Below, piece after piece: positions 1 through 12,100 of a stretch of DNA of 50,810 bases. The notes under the pieces are model-generated. The model was not told where the DNA came from. It made no database searches and was given only the letters and a program-made list of their open reading frames with translations. Numbering within the stretch: the stretch's first letter is position 1; the number at the start of each line of letters is the position of its first letter. A program made the position numbers and the translations under genes. The DNA is from Geosiphon pyriformis uo1 (lineage: Eukaryota; Fungi; Glomeromycota): assembly GCA_016748015.1 (NCBI GenBank), contig JAAOMT010000672.1, forward strand, positions 580,406 through 631,215, written 5' to 3'.

Positions 1-917
1 TTGTCAGAAAAGAGGAGAAACAAGACCCAGTGAGCCACTAAGACCAATTAAAATAGGACAACTATTTAACAAAATTGGAATTGACTTAGTCAAATTATTA
101 ACAATAACCAGCAAAAACAATCATTATATAGCAACCATAGACTATCTTATCAAATGGCCAGAGATGAAAGCTATTCAAAAAGCAGATACAAAATCTGTAG
201 CTGAATTTGTTTACCAAGATTTGATTTGTCAACATAAATGTCCAAAAAAATTATTATTAGATCAAAAAACTTACTTTGTAAACAGAATACTAACAGAATT
301 AAGTCAAAGATTTGGAATTAAGAGACTATTATTATCACTATACTATTTACAAACAAATAGATTAGTTGAAAGATTCAACAAAACATTGTGTGAAACAATA
401 GCCAAAATTAGCCAAGAAAATTAGGACAAATAAGATTTGTTTATACCATCAGTATTATTTGTTTATCAAACAATAAAGCAAGATACCATACAAGCAATAC
501 CATTTAAACTTGTTTATAGTAAAACAGCAATATTATCTATTAAGATAGACATTAACACATATTCAACAAAACCAATAACAGAAGTCAATTTACAAAAAAC
601 ATTACTGAAAAAAACATATAAACTAATAAAAACTTTAAAAAACAAAAAATGAAGAGCAGCTAATAACATTTAAAAGTTACAAAAAAAACAAAAAAAACGA
701 CATAATAACCAATTATCAAATAAACCAGTTGAATTCAAGATTAAAGACAAAGTATTATTATATTGTACCAAGACAAAAAAACAATAGAGTAAAAAATTTG
801 ATCTCAAATGAAACAAACCATTTTACATTGAAAAAATTCTAGGAAATGAAACTTATAAACTAAGATAAAACAACAAAATTTTAGCTAAAACAGCACATAA
901 AAATTGATTAAAACTAT
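1..917 (+). pseudogene. Ty3/Gypsy integrase, 3' part (element A0), degenerate
   Basis: ORFs 164-424 and 437-652 give KAIQKADTKSVAEFVYQDLI..., QTNRLVERFNKTLCE and a GPF-type C-terminal region. There are many stops. The sequence is cut at 917 by LTR A1 and resumes at 23737. Confidence 0.92.
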
Positions 918-1585
918 TATTACTCATAGAAAAAACATACAAGAAAATAGTAGGAAAAACAAATAGACCAATAGGAGAATAGTAATTAAACACGTAAGCA
1001 TATTGCTTAGTAATATGGAGTATTGTCAAGAATTATGGCACATGCTTAGCAATGTAAGCATTGCTTGAAAAGTTATAGCACATCACTTGAGAATGTGAAC
1101 AATCTTATAGAATTCAAATTATATATATATAACAAGAGAAGTAGAAGCAGAAAAAACAGAATCAGTACTAAGATATCTCCATTAAAACATTTTAATTAGA
1201 ATTATCAATATTAATAAATAATTATTCATTATCTAAATCCCTCTTCTCACTATCTATACTTTATGTTGATAGTATCTAATACTTATCTATACTGGAATAA
1301 TAGCTTTTGATTACAGCTATTGATGGATACTAACATAAATTGCTTTGGCTTATTTTTTTATTTCTTTTATTTCTTTTTCGTTTTTTTTTTTTTTTTTGTT
1401 TTATTTACTAATTAATTAAAGATTAAATGCACAGAGTTATTAATATTAAAGTACAGTGAACTCTCTTTATAATCACACCTTTTGGTCAGCATATTTGTGA
1501 TAACTATAAAAAGATGGGACTATAAAAAATAATTAATATCTTATTATATATTACATACATAATATAATAACCAATTATATATATT

Positions 1586-3145
1586 TTATTTAAAAAAGCT
1601 ATCTATTTGCAACTGTTTTTTTTCTTTTTGAACTTTGAAAACAGTATTACAAATTAATGTTCTCAAAGTTTTAAAAAAGTCTGAATCAACTTTTTCACTA
1701 TACTGTTTTTCACAATAGTGCAATATATCTTCAAGTGCAGTTTTACTTTGATGTGTAGATAGCAAAGACAAAGATTCATCTTCATCTTCATTTTCTAAAT
1801 CTTCATTTGCATTAGAATTTCCACTATACTTGTTATTAATAAGATTCACAATTTCATTCTCTAAGACATAAGTAAATAATGATTCAAACTTGTCAATATT
1901 AATGAAGTCTATTGCCAATAGCTTGTTAATATTAACATGCTCAATAAAAATTTGTACTTCTTTTAGGAGTTCTTGTTTAATATTTAATAGATGGGCTGAC
2001 ATTTGACTATTATTCAGAATTCTCATATGATACCAACAGTTTTGGATTATAGCTGTTGTTACCACTAATCATGCATCAATTAGAAAGTCAATCACATTCT
2101 TTAATATTATTGTTGATATTAGAATCTTGTTATTATACTAATTAATAAGATGGAAAAGAAACAACTTTCAGTATTATACCTTAAAAGATGCAATAATTCC
2201 TGTATCTAATGGTTGCAAATAAGATGTTGTATTAGATAGTAAGTATCTAATTATAATATTAGATAATATGGAAGGTTTTCTACCATGGGGACCAGCATTA
2301 TCAAGCAATAGCAAAATCTTTTTTTTCTTGTGACACATTTCTTCATTTAATAAATTAAGCCATTCACTAAAAATATCAGTTCGCATCTATGCTTTTGTAT
2401 TGTAATAATAAGTGATTGGAAGTGTATTTATATTAATATTGTGAAAACATTATAGCTTTGCGGCTTTGCTGATAATTAAAGACTGCAACTTGATGCTGCT
2501 TGTTGCATTACAAATAAGAAGTATGGTAATTCGACTCTTATTATGCTTGGTGCCAGAGGTAGATCTTGTTGTCAAAGTTGCATTTAGTGGCATTCTAAAA
2601 AATAATGCTGTCTTATTGGTATTGTAAACATTATTTAGATCATATTCACTGATAATCTCATACAGTTTCTTTTGTTTCTTTGGTAAAATTTCCAAGGGAG
2701 CACTGTTTGCTTTGCCATATATCTTAATGTGGTGCAAATTATAACATTTCTTAAACTTTTCTAACCAACCATCTGATGCTTTAAAGTTATTTTCTTCTTG
2801 AAACTTTTCAGCAAACTTGAAGGCTTTTGTTTGTAAAATTTTTCCAGTAAGAATGCAGTTAGTAGCTAGTGCTTCAAGCATCCATTCTCCCAGTACATTA
2901 TTTATCTTTGGAAACATTTTTTTTCTGTCCTTTGTCAATTGACCAGAGTTGCCAAATACATTTTTTTCAATCTATTAGTCTGATTTTGCGAGTATTTTTG
3001 TTACAGTGGAGTGATCAATCTTTAGATTAAATATTTTGATAAGTCTATTTATTGAGTAGTCAAGATGCTTTAATTTGTACTGGCAGAGAGCTTTTTTAAT
3101 TTCCAAGGAGATTGCTGCTTGCTTTTGGTTTGTGTTTTTTGGCAT
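1586..3145 (-). pseudogene. pogo/Tigger (CENP-B-like HTH + DDE_1) transposase
   Basis: FKASDGWLEKFKK HTH motif, VYNTNKTALF (eroded N-x-D-E-T), ILLLLDNAGPH, NTTSYLQPLDTGIIASFK. Probable ATG at 3145. Broken by stops and a frameshift. Confidence 0.92.
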
Positions 3146-3313
3146 GTTAATAAGAACACACTTTTTATTGCATTTTGCTTTTATAACATGTTGATGTATC
3201 TGTTATGTCTCAAACATCATTTTGCCTTATATCTAACTGGACATGTGAGGTGTCTCATGTCATATGAGGTGCCTCAGATTATAAAAAACAGCCAAATTAT
3301 AAAAAAAAAGATT

Positions 3314-3530
3314 TTAATCCAATTGTAGGATTCTAAGTGCAAATGACAGATTCTTAGTAAAAAGAAATCTAATTTTAATAATGCATCTGTGACACTTTTT
3401 GTCTCTTACTCCCAATTGATGATCAATAATAAAGGCTGTCAATTTGATTTTCTGTATACTTACATATTTGCATAGAAGATAACACAATGTTATGTTGTTA
3501 AGCTCCTTAAATACAACAATGCCTATATCA
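3314..3530 (-). pseudogene. Captured fragment of a PP-loop ATPase (TilS/tRNA(Ile)-lysidine synthase-like N-terminus)
   Basis: IGIVVFKELNNITLCYLL...LTAFIIDHQL...RILQLD*. Reverting only T>C and A>G changes gives IGIAVSGGPDSMALCYLL...DH.L...ILQLDW. Confidence 0.7.
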
Positions 3531-4450
3531 ATTGGAATATTGATATAAAATACTTTGCACAATATCAGAGATATTGGAATAAAAGTCAACTACAGTTTTT
3601 TAAAAAATGTCCGGATTATCATAAGTTGTGGGATTTGATATGTAATATATATAGGCATGCAATGGCTTTTAAATTAATGTGGTCATATGTTGTTTTTAAA
3701 GAAAATCCATCTGTTAAAGGTTACTTAGAATGGGCCCAAAATGAAACAGATTCCACATTCAAGTTAAAGTATGAACAAGTTTTTTTTATTTACAAGCAAT
3801 TATTAACTTTTGCACTAGAGTTTGTTTCAATAGATCTTCATTAAAACTTATGGCTAGACAAATGTTTGTACCAATTTGGTCTGCTTGGCACTATTCTATT
3901 TACCAATTAATTGAAATTGCCAATAAAGAACAATAACTATGATTGAAGCCTAAAGTTAGCAAGCTGATTCAAGAAAAAATTGTAATTTCTCAATCTAAAC
4001 TTTTAAATTAACATCAAGACCATGATGCAATACTTGAAGAAATTAACAAAACACTCAAATTGTTGATTTTTTCTACACCTTTACAACAGCATTAGAAAAT
4101 TGCAGCATGTAACTGTATCAAATTTAAGAGATTGTGTACTAACCTCTTTAATGTCATCAGATATTCTAAAAGTGAAATATACAGGTCTTGTACATGTTCT
4201 AACTTTATTGCTGAATCAAATTGATTTCAAGTTCAGATAAAAAAGACACAGTTTGTAAATTCAAATGTCTCTAATTGTGTTTTTCGTGATATTGGCTATG
4301 AATAGATATTAAGCAAAAAAATGAAAAAATTCAGTAAAATTGCATGGATGAAAAAAATAGACTTTCTTAAAGCAAGACAAATTAAGAAAATATTGTTAGG
4401 TACTTGGAAACCAATTCCAGTAACAAGTGAAGAAACAAATCATCAAAAAA
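3530..4450 (+). pseudogene. Degenerate coding fragment of unknown family inside the pogo element
   Basis: Protein-like reading with interruptions (NWNIDIKYFAQ..KKCPDYHKLWDLICNIYRHAMA..KLKYEQVFF..HQDHDAILEEINKTLK). Includes ORF 3626-3844. Confidence 0.55.
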
Positions 4451-5995
4451 TGTAAATCTGTTAATAAAATCACAACTATTATCTATTATTAACTCTCTAA
4501 TACCTTTTTTAAGTAATTATGTTTTCAAAGCTTATCAAGTTAATTGTGTGACAGCCTAATAAATATCCTTCAAGAAGTTAGAAATATATTGTATTGTGTA
4601 TAGTTTTGTTTATGTTGAGTTGGATGTATTACTATTTATAATTGGCATTTTTAAAACATGATATGTTAAGTCTAAGTCCGAATCTTTATTCTGTATAATT
4701 ATGTTTGGATTATGAAAAGCATTCAACATGGATTTATTTGTTCCAAAAAAGTTGATTTTTAATACATTTTTAAAACTATCAGTCAAACTTTTGCTCACTA
4801 ATACTAAATATTGGTCAAATAATGAATATGATTACTAGTATGGAACCCTTTTTTAATTGCAGATGCCAAAGTTGGTGTGAAAATGTATTTATTAAATATA
4901 TATTAGAATTTTTATGCTCTGAGTTTTATTACTGGTCATATTTCTTTTTCTAAGGAAAGGTAAATTTGAACTCTGTTCCCAGTTGATTTGCTCGAGCAAT
5001 GTCCTATTAACAAACTTGTTTCTGGAGGATCCCATTGGGCCATTATTCTTGTTTGTAGGTCTGTTAATTTCTTCTCCCAATATGGAAAAAAAGTAATCTT
5101 GTTAGCCAAAGTTTGATCCAGAGTAACTTTATTAATACTTGTAGCAACAGCATCCAAAGCACTACTAGCTTCTAAAACACCACCAATCTCCAAAGCACCA
5201 AGAGCAGTAGTACTATACCATATGTTAACTATTATTAAAACTCTCATAATATCCGTAAACAACAAGCCAGATATAATAGTTCCATCATTGTCTTCTAATG
5301 GCAGTAGTAGCTTATAAAAAAAAAGAGTAATTGAATGTTGTAATATTTCAGAAATTTTGTTTAGTGTTCTATAATCATTTCCAGAAACTTCTCTAATTTT
5401 TTTTACTACTATAAAAAGAATAATTTCCATTGACAAATCAAGAAATCTCCTTAACTGTACATGTCTAATTAAATATGAAATAACATTTAATGTTCATATT
5501 TAATATCATATGATTATAGTGTGACTATAGAGAGTGAAAATTACTTATATTTTGCTATCATATTTGTGAAGATAGGGAATATAAGGAGATATATATAGTA
5601 AAAGTGACTATAAAAAGATAATATTATATATAAATGGTTTTGGTTTTTAAAAAAATGTGATTATAAAAAAATAGTAACTATAACCAGAGGAACTATAGAG
5701 AGAGTTCACTGTAACTGGTAAAAAACCCAAGAATAAGGATAGAACACTTAAAGATTAAGAATAGCTTACCAGGAGAATTACCAGCTATCATGCTGAGAAA
5801 AAAATTTGATGGAATTGTGATTTCAGAAAGTGACAAATAAAACTACACTTGAATCTCTGTCTATTATACAAAAAACTCAACCAAAACCTTTAAACAACCA
5901 AAATCTTTAGATATTACCAATCTAATTCAGCTATCAAGCACCAAGTTATAGATTTGTTATTTGATTTAAGACTCCAAATAATTACCTGTAACATT

Positions 5996-6013
5996 TAGTG
6001 CTCCTTGTGAAAT
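5996..6013 (+). promoter_or_regulatory. Primer-binding site of family A
   Basis: tagtgctccttgtgaaa 2 nt after the LTR end. The copy at 32457 reads tggtgcttcttgtgaga, giving consensus TGGTGCTCCTTGTGAG. Confidence 0.8.
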
Positions 6014-6029
6014 ATAATCCAACAGAAAA

Positions 6030-8118
6030 CCAGCACCAATAACAATCATCTGAAACAGTAACAGAATCAGAAGAAATAGGAACAAATCACTTAGGATTTG
6101 CAAAATCCTTATTCTAGCATTACAAAAGTTATCTCAGATTGACAAATAATAATTGGCCAGCAAAATTAGCTTTTAATTGCTATGTCAATAAAAGGATCAT
6201 ATATTATTTGGGAGGCCAAGAAGATCCAAAATTTGCCTTTAACAACTTTTTTAGTAAATTACTCCAAAGCATCACACTATCACAAAATTATCTATTTACA
6301 CCACTAATTACAGAAATAAACAGAGAAATTGAAAAGTACACTAAACAAAAATTTTTCATTACTTTTGTTAACAAAGATAAAAGAAATCTCAAAACAAATA
6401 CAATTTGCTACATAGAAGAAACAGAGAGTGAATTTACTTGTTAATTCATTATATCATTATACACCCAGAAGTACTATCAATATAACATCAATAGGCAAGT
6501 TCACCACAAATGTGACAACACCACTAAACAGAATTCCATTCCAAAGTAAACAGAAAAAAGCAAAGTTATTAGAAACCTATAGTGACTATTTTGAAAAATT
6601 TAAATTACAATTTCCAATGCCATTAGAAGTTTGATTACCACTACCACAATCAGATTTTAGAGCTGCTAGTTCTTGAGAATTAACTAACTTTGAAGAAAAA
6701 GAAAATAACAATTAGGAAATTAATTATTCAAACCCAATTCCAGAAAACCTGGAAATTTAAACTCTGATTGTTCTAACTCAACAAAATTGGAACAATTCAA
6801 ATCCCACCATTATTAATCAATCAAACTTACGTCCAGAAATCATAATTAATCTACCACTAGTTGTCCTGATTATCAAACAACAACACCAGCTGCAACCATT
6901 ATCTCAACAACAACTTCAACAGCAACCACCACCACAATCACAACAACAATTCATAATAGCACTAATAATCTATGCACTAATTGCCAAATTAGAAAAATTT
7001 ATTAGCAAAGAGAATGATATTCAAGCTTGGCTAAATGATGTTACCAAAGCAATAACAGTTAATAATTAGGATAACACCAGAATTCTTCAGACAATTCCAT
7101 ATTTCTTGCAAGATACTGTTGACTTGTGGTACCAAAGCTTGGCACAGAAACTCCAAAATTTCAATAATTTCAAAGTGGAATTTTTGAGATATTTTAGTAA
7201 TAACAACAGCATCAATTGATTGGCAAATATCTTTACTACCATTAAACAAGAAGATACTAAAACCATCACTACTTACCTAAAATGCTTCCAACAAAATCTG
7301 CACCAAATTCAAGTCATTGATGCCAATTATTTTACAGTAGCCCAAATTCTGAATCAATTTATTTACAGATTATGCAGCAGCATCCTACAACATGTATGTC
7401 TATTACATTTATTCACACTTTAAGCTGCAGTTACACACACCAAAGACTTTGAATTAGCTAAACTCAAAGCCAATTACACTCAAACTGTAAATTTAGTAAT
7501 GAACAGATTATCTGAATTGGATTTCAAATTGAAATAATCTAGTAATTCAATTAACCAGAAATTGGAAGAATCCTTAGTTAACAATCAGATTATTTATTAA
7601 TTTCTACAATGATGTAATAATCAAGAAAACTTGAATTGTTTTTAAAACCAATCACATTTCTTATCATCAACTAATTAACTGTAACAGCCAGAAATACTTA
7701 CCTGCTACAATTGTGGTAAACAAAATCACATCAAAATTAACTGCTATTATAATGGGAATTTATGATCAAAAAATTAATATTGAAACTCCAATTACTGATT
7801 TCAAACTCTAAATTACTTACTAATCAAGATCAATATCAACTCTATTACCCACAAATAACACAACAACCAATATATGTACCTCCAATCTATCAAACACTAG
7901 TCTTAGTCATTTATCAACCACAGTCACCAGTAATGTATTAACAACCACCTATTCTAATACCACTATTAAACTCAGCTCAAACATCATCCAAAAATGCCAG
8001 ACTAAGAATTATTTACATCCAACAAAACTAGAAATTGGCAATAGTAATGTATCAACTGATTCCCAGTTTATCAAGTCAACCATCAGGATCTTGCTAACAG
8101 AGTTCAGAAACTAGGTAT
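6030..8118 (+). pseudogene. gag region of A1 (continues at 17982 after the B1 insertion)
   Basis: Retrotransposon-gag-like segment (WLNDVTKAI..IPYFLQDTVDLWYQ..QILNQFI), eroded CxxC-H zinc knuckle near 7703, Q/P-rich linker. Homologous to 32480-34700. Confidence 0.85.
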
Positions 8119-9085
8119 TGTTATCAGACAAAATTAGAAATATTATTTAGCATGAAATTATTTTTATTTTTATTATTAATTAGCATATATTATTATTTTA
8201 AATTATCACTTATTATATTAGCAAAATGTCCGAAATTATCATTTAATTAATAACCCAATTTATACATAACACAAATGTAATCTAAGTGTGATGATCAATT
8301 ATGCAATACCCCGAAATATGTAACATTCAAAAGTTTGCCGAAATTTGTAGAAATTTGCTGAAATAATTGATAGTTCACCGAAATATCTAATAGTTCGCAG
8401 AAATAACTTGTAGTTTGCCAAAATGTATCTTTAGTTCAGTGAAATTGTAGAAAAGAGCAAAGTTCAAGTTCATAGAATAGTGTTATAACAAGTTGTATAA
8501 AAAAAGAGCTTTTTTCTTCAAGAAAATGTATTTTACTTTAGATTTATCACTTAGAACCATTTTTATACACATAAAAAGAAATAAATATCGAATAATTTGA
8601 AAACTAAACTCTTTAATTATTGTACTTGGAAAATCTTTAAAACCCAACTAATATTTTGAAATTGATTAGCTACCAATTTCAATAAACTGTTACTGAGGCC
8701 TAAATAGAAAACGTTTCCCTTGATAAAAATTCTATTTCTTTTACATTTCTTTTATTTTTCTTTTCTTTTCTTATTACAATTATTAGAGTAGCCTACAGAC
8801 AAGATTCCTGTAAAAGAGTTGACTTTCACAGCAAAGTAACTACACATTTTTTAGTAAGCTTCCAGATGAGCAATTCCTGGGAAAGAGTTGACATTTACTA
8901 CAACGTAACTATACAAAGTAATTGGCACAGAATTGGCCATTCCACTTATAAGCCCAGCAGTTCAAATTATAGGAGATAATTTGAGGATAAATTCAGTTAT
9001 TGGAGATTTAAACACTTCTCATAATCATGACAGCATTACAACAAACATATAAAAGCTAAGAAGAGACCAAAAACCTCCAGTAACA
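8119..9085 (+). repeat. 5' LTR of B1
   Basis: tgttatcagac...ccagtaaca. Near-identical to 17000-17977 and 35990-36977. Contains about 20-bp tagttcgccgaaata-like tandem units. Confidence 0.95.
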
Positions 9086-9087
9086 TT

Positions 9088-9105
9088 TGGTGCTCTCCCA
9101 TGGAA
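9088..9105 (+). promoter_or_regulatory. Primer-binding site of family B
   Basis: tggtgctctcccatgga 2 nt after the LTR. The second copy at 36980 reads tagtgctctcccacaga. Confidence 0.8.
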
Positions 9106-9109
9106 ATAA

Positions 9110-12100
9110 CACAGCAACAATAAATTCAAAGTGGCAACCACACCAGACACAACAACTCTAGAGTATTACTAGTCAATTTACATACACTGCAAGCAAAGAT
9201 TCAACATTCCAGACGGAATTGAAGTTGTCAAGAAATCAGTATACCAATATATTGAAAACCACATCAACAATTATCTTTTTGGAAATTACAATATCTCAGA
9301 AGTTAGAAGCAACCTTTACAATAATTTAGTACACTATTCACAGTTGGAAACTAAAAACCTTAACAGTAAAACACTTGCCACTTACTTTCAAGAACTTAAT
9401 TTTAACATTATCAAGTACTGTGAAGAAACATATTCAGTGCAGTCTCAATACTCTATTGATTTTGAATCAGAGACAAAAACAAGCAACAAAGGCAAACAAA
9501 AATTGAAGCAATACTCAAAAACCACTCCAAATACTCCAATACTACCAAAAACAACTGCCAAATACTTACAAACACCTGAACAAGAAACCAGTTCAAAACT
9601 TCTACTTATTATCACATCTTTTCCAGCTTTACTTGCACAAGCACAAACACCTAATTCACTCTTAAATTGATTTGCAAGACCAGAAGATTTTACATCACTC
9701 CAAAGTCTTACTAAACAACAAGAACCCTTTCAAACTAGTTCCAATCTCCTTGACTTTCTAGCTGAAAATCAAAGTGAACACTCTAAGACAGCAGCAAACA
9801 AAGAAAATGACTTTGAAATATCTGAAAAAAAATTAATAGACAGTGAAAACAAAGAAGACGAAATGACAGCATATATCGCAAAAATCTCTGAATTTAATAA
9901 AAAAGACATTGAGACCAGTCCCCAAGAATGGCTCGACCAAGTTACTAAAGTTGGAGATGCAAATGGATGGAATGCTGTCAGAATGTTAAGAACAATTCCC
10001 TACTTTCTCAAAGAAACAGCAGGTAAATGGTTCGAAAACTTGACCACTCTTTTTAATGACTGGACAGCTTTCAAAACTGCCTTCTTAGAACAATTCACCA
10101 ATAACAACACTTTAATCACACTTCAAAATTGTTTTTGCAATATCAAACAAGAACCCTCCGAATCTGTCATGACTTATATTGGAAAATTCAACAAACTTCT
10201 CAGACAAATTCACCAACTTGAAACTAATGATTATTATTCCAATGCTCAAATTTTGGATCAATTTATTGCTGGTTTAAAGGATAAACTAATTAAAAAGATT
10301 TATCCACATGCCCCAGAAGATTTAAACTCTGCCATTCAGCATGCAAAGAGATATGAAATGGCCATAGAAGAAGCCAATTGTACAAAACTTGTGAACTTAG
10401 CCATTAAAGAAACCAGCTCAGCAGCTGAGAAGAAAACTGACCAACTCACAAAGAAAGTCGAAAACTATTTCATTAACCAACAACAACAGCAATCCCAAAG
10501 ATATCAACCTCCACAATGATGCAACCAAAACAATTTTGGATCACCATCCAACAACCAATCTCAAAATTGTTATTATTGTGGAATTCCAGGACACTGAAAA
10601 TGATATTGTAGGAAATTACAAAGAGACCAACAAAACAGGAGTAATCAATGTTACCCTTTACTACAACAATCTTATTATCAACCACTACTACCACCAGCTT
10701 ACTATCCACCAAGACTGCAATATCAAACCAACTACAATCAACCTGCTCCACAGCCAATGCAACAACAGTATCAGCAACCCATTCAACATTACTAAGTACC
10801 TGCTCGAAGATTGGTTCAACAAAACCAATTTGCATCACAAAACTGATTCACAACAAACAACAACAGAATCAACCCAAATAACCAATTAGTTCCCCGAAAT
10901 CCAGTTCAGCCAAGACCCACCCATTATCATACTCAACTTAACTATCTTATAATATCTTAAGAACAGGATTTTCATCATACTGCACTCTCAGAAAGTAGAG
11001 CTGCAGCACAACAACAAAACCCTTCCTATACTCCTACCACAATCTCACCAGCCAGAATTGCTGAAAATGCCAACCTTTCAGATATATTTCCTTTTGAGTT
11101 CGAAGCAAATGAGTTACCATTCCTACTTAGTAATGCAGCCGCCAACAAACAAAAAGCAATCACTGCTATATACACTGAAGCAGAAGTCAAAGGAAAGGCA
11201 ATTCGCTTGATCCTAGACAATGGATCCGCCAGAAGCATCATTACCTACCAGTTGATGCAACAGTTAAAGAGAAATGTTAACTGACCAGCTCAGACAGTAA
11301 TTATTACTGCCGATGGCATAAAAAAGACTCCAATAGGAGAAATTAACAATTTTCCATTTACTCTTAATAGAATCACCATTCTAGTCAAAGTTCTTGTAAT
11401 GGACATGCCCCAGTATCAAGCTCTTGTCAGAAATAATTGGCTCTAAAAAGCCAATGCAAAATTAGACTGGAAAACCCAAGAATTACAACTCTCTTATCAA
11501 GGACAACATGTGCGAGTACCTGCTACTTGTGGTACATTCAACAAACAATCAGAGAAAGCCTCTGTCTTTGAATTTGAAGAGGAGGAAGAAAAGCCTGTAG
11601 TCAAAACATTTATGGCACTTGAATCAACATCTAACTGGGCTGAAGAAACTGAGCAAACATATTTTGCAACAAACTCATATCCAAAAGAACCAGAAACCCC
11701 TGGATGGAACATCCTATATTCTAAACCAGAACCAAAGAAACAACACCCTTACATTCCACTCAAATACAAGGACTGTCACAAGAAACTCTTCTCGATGAGA
11801 GCCTGCATCTCACCAGAGGAAGAATATGGAAGTCATACTTGTTACTTTTGCAATGCCTGCCATCAAGAATGATGGGGCCACTTGATTAAAAGAAGCAGAA
11901 AATGGGATAGAACACCCTGTCTTACTTGTAGAAAGCAGCTTTCTGACAAATGTGATTGGATTGACATTGCCTTTAGAGGAGGAGTCTGCAATCAAACTTG
12001 CCAATATGCTCTTTCTATTGCAGAAAAGATAAAACGTGAAACACTTTTCAATACCACTTACAATAGTGCCCTCAACAAACTTTATCACTACCCCCATAAT

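Larger units (their letters stand above)
1454..5711 (-). mobile_element. pogo/Tigger-type (Tc1/mariner superfamily) DNA transposon with about 2.2 kb internal cargo
   Basis: TIRs CAGTGAACTCTCT(T/C)TATA at both ends. TA duplication at 1452-1453 and 5712-5713. Subterminal GTGACTATA-like repeats. The LTR sequence is continuous across the insertion. Confidence 0.93.
918..5993 (+). repeat. 5' LTR of A1 (918-1453 + 5714-5993, about 816 bp), split by the pogo insertion
   Basis: Starts tattactcatagaaaaaac and ends cctgtaaca. Colinear with 22895-23732 once 1454-5713 is removed. Confidence 0.9.

Noticed and set aside
3241-3276. Two near-palindromes tgaggtg(t/c)ctca upstream of the transposase
   Set aside because: Could be promoter elements, but two short copies are not enough to support a call.
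8325-8455. Spaced short repeats resembling a CRISPR array
   Set aside because: Degenerate tandem units of about 20 bp without unique 30-40 bp spacers, lying inside an LTR present three times. No cas genes, and the context is eukaryotic.
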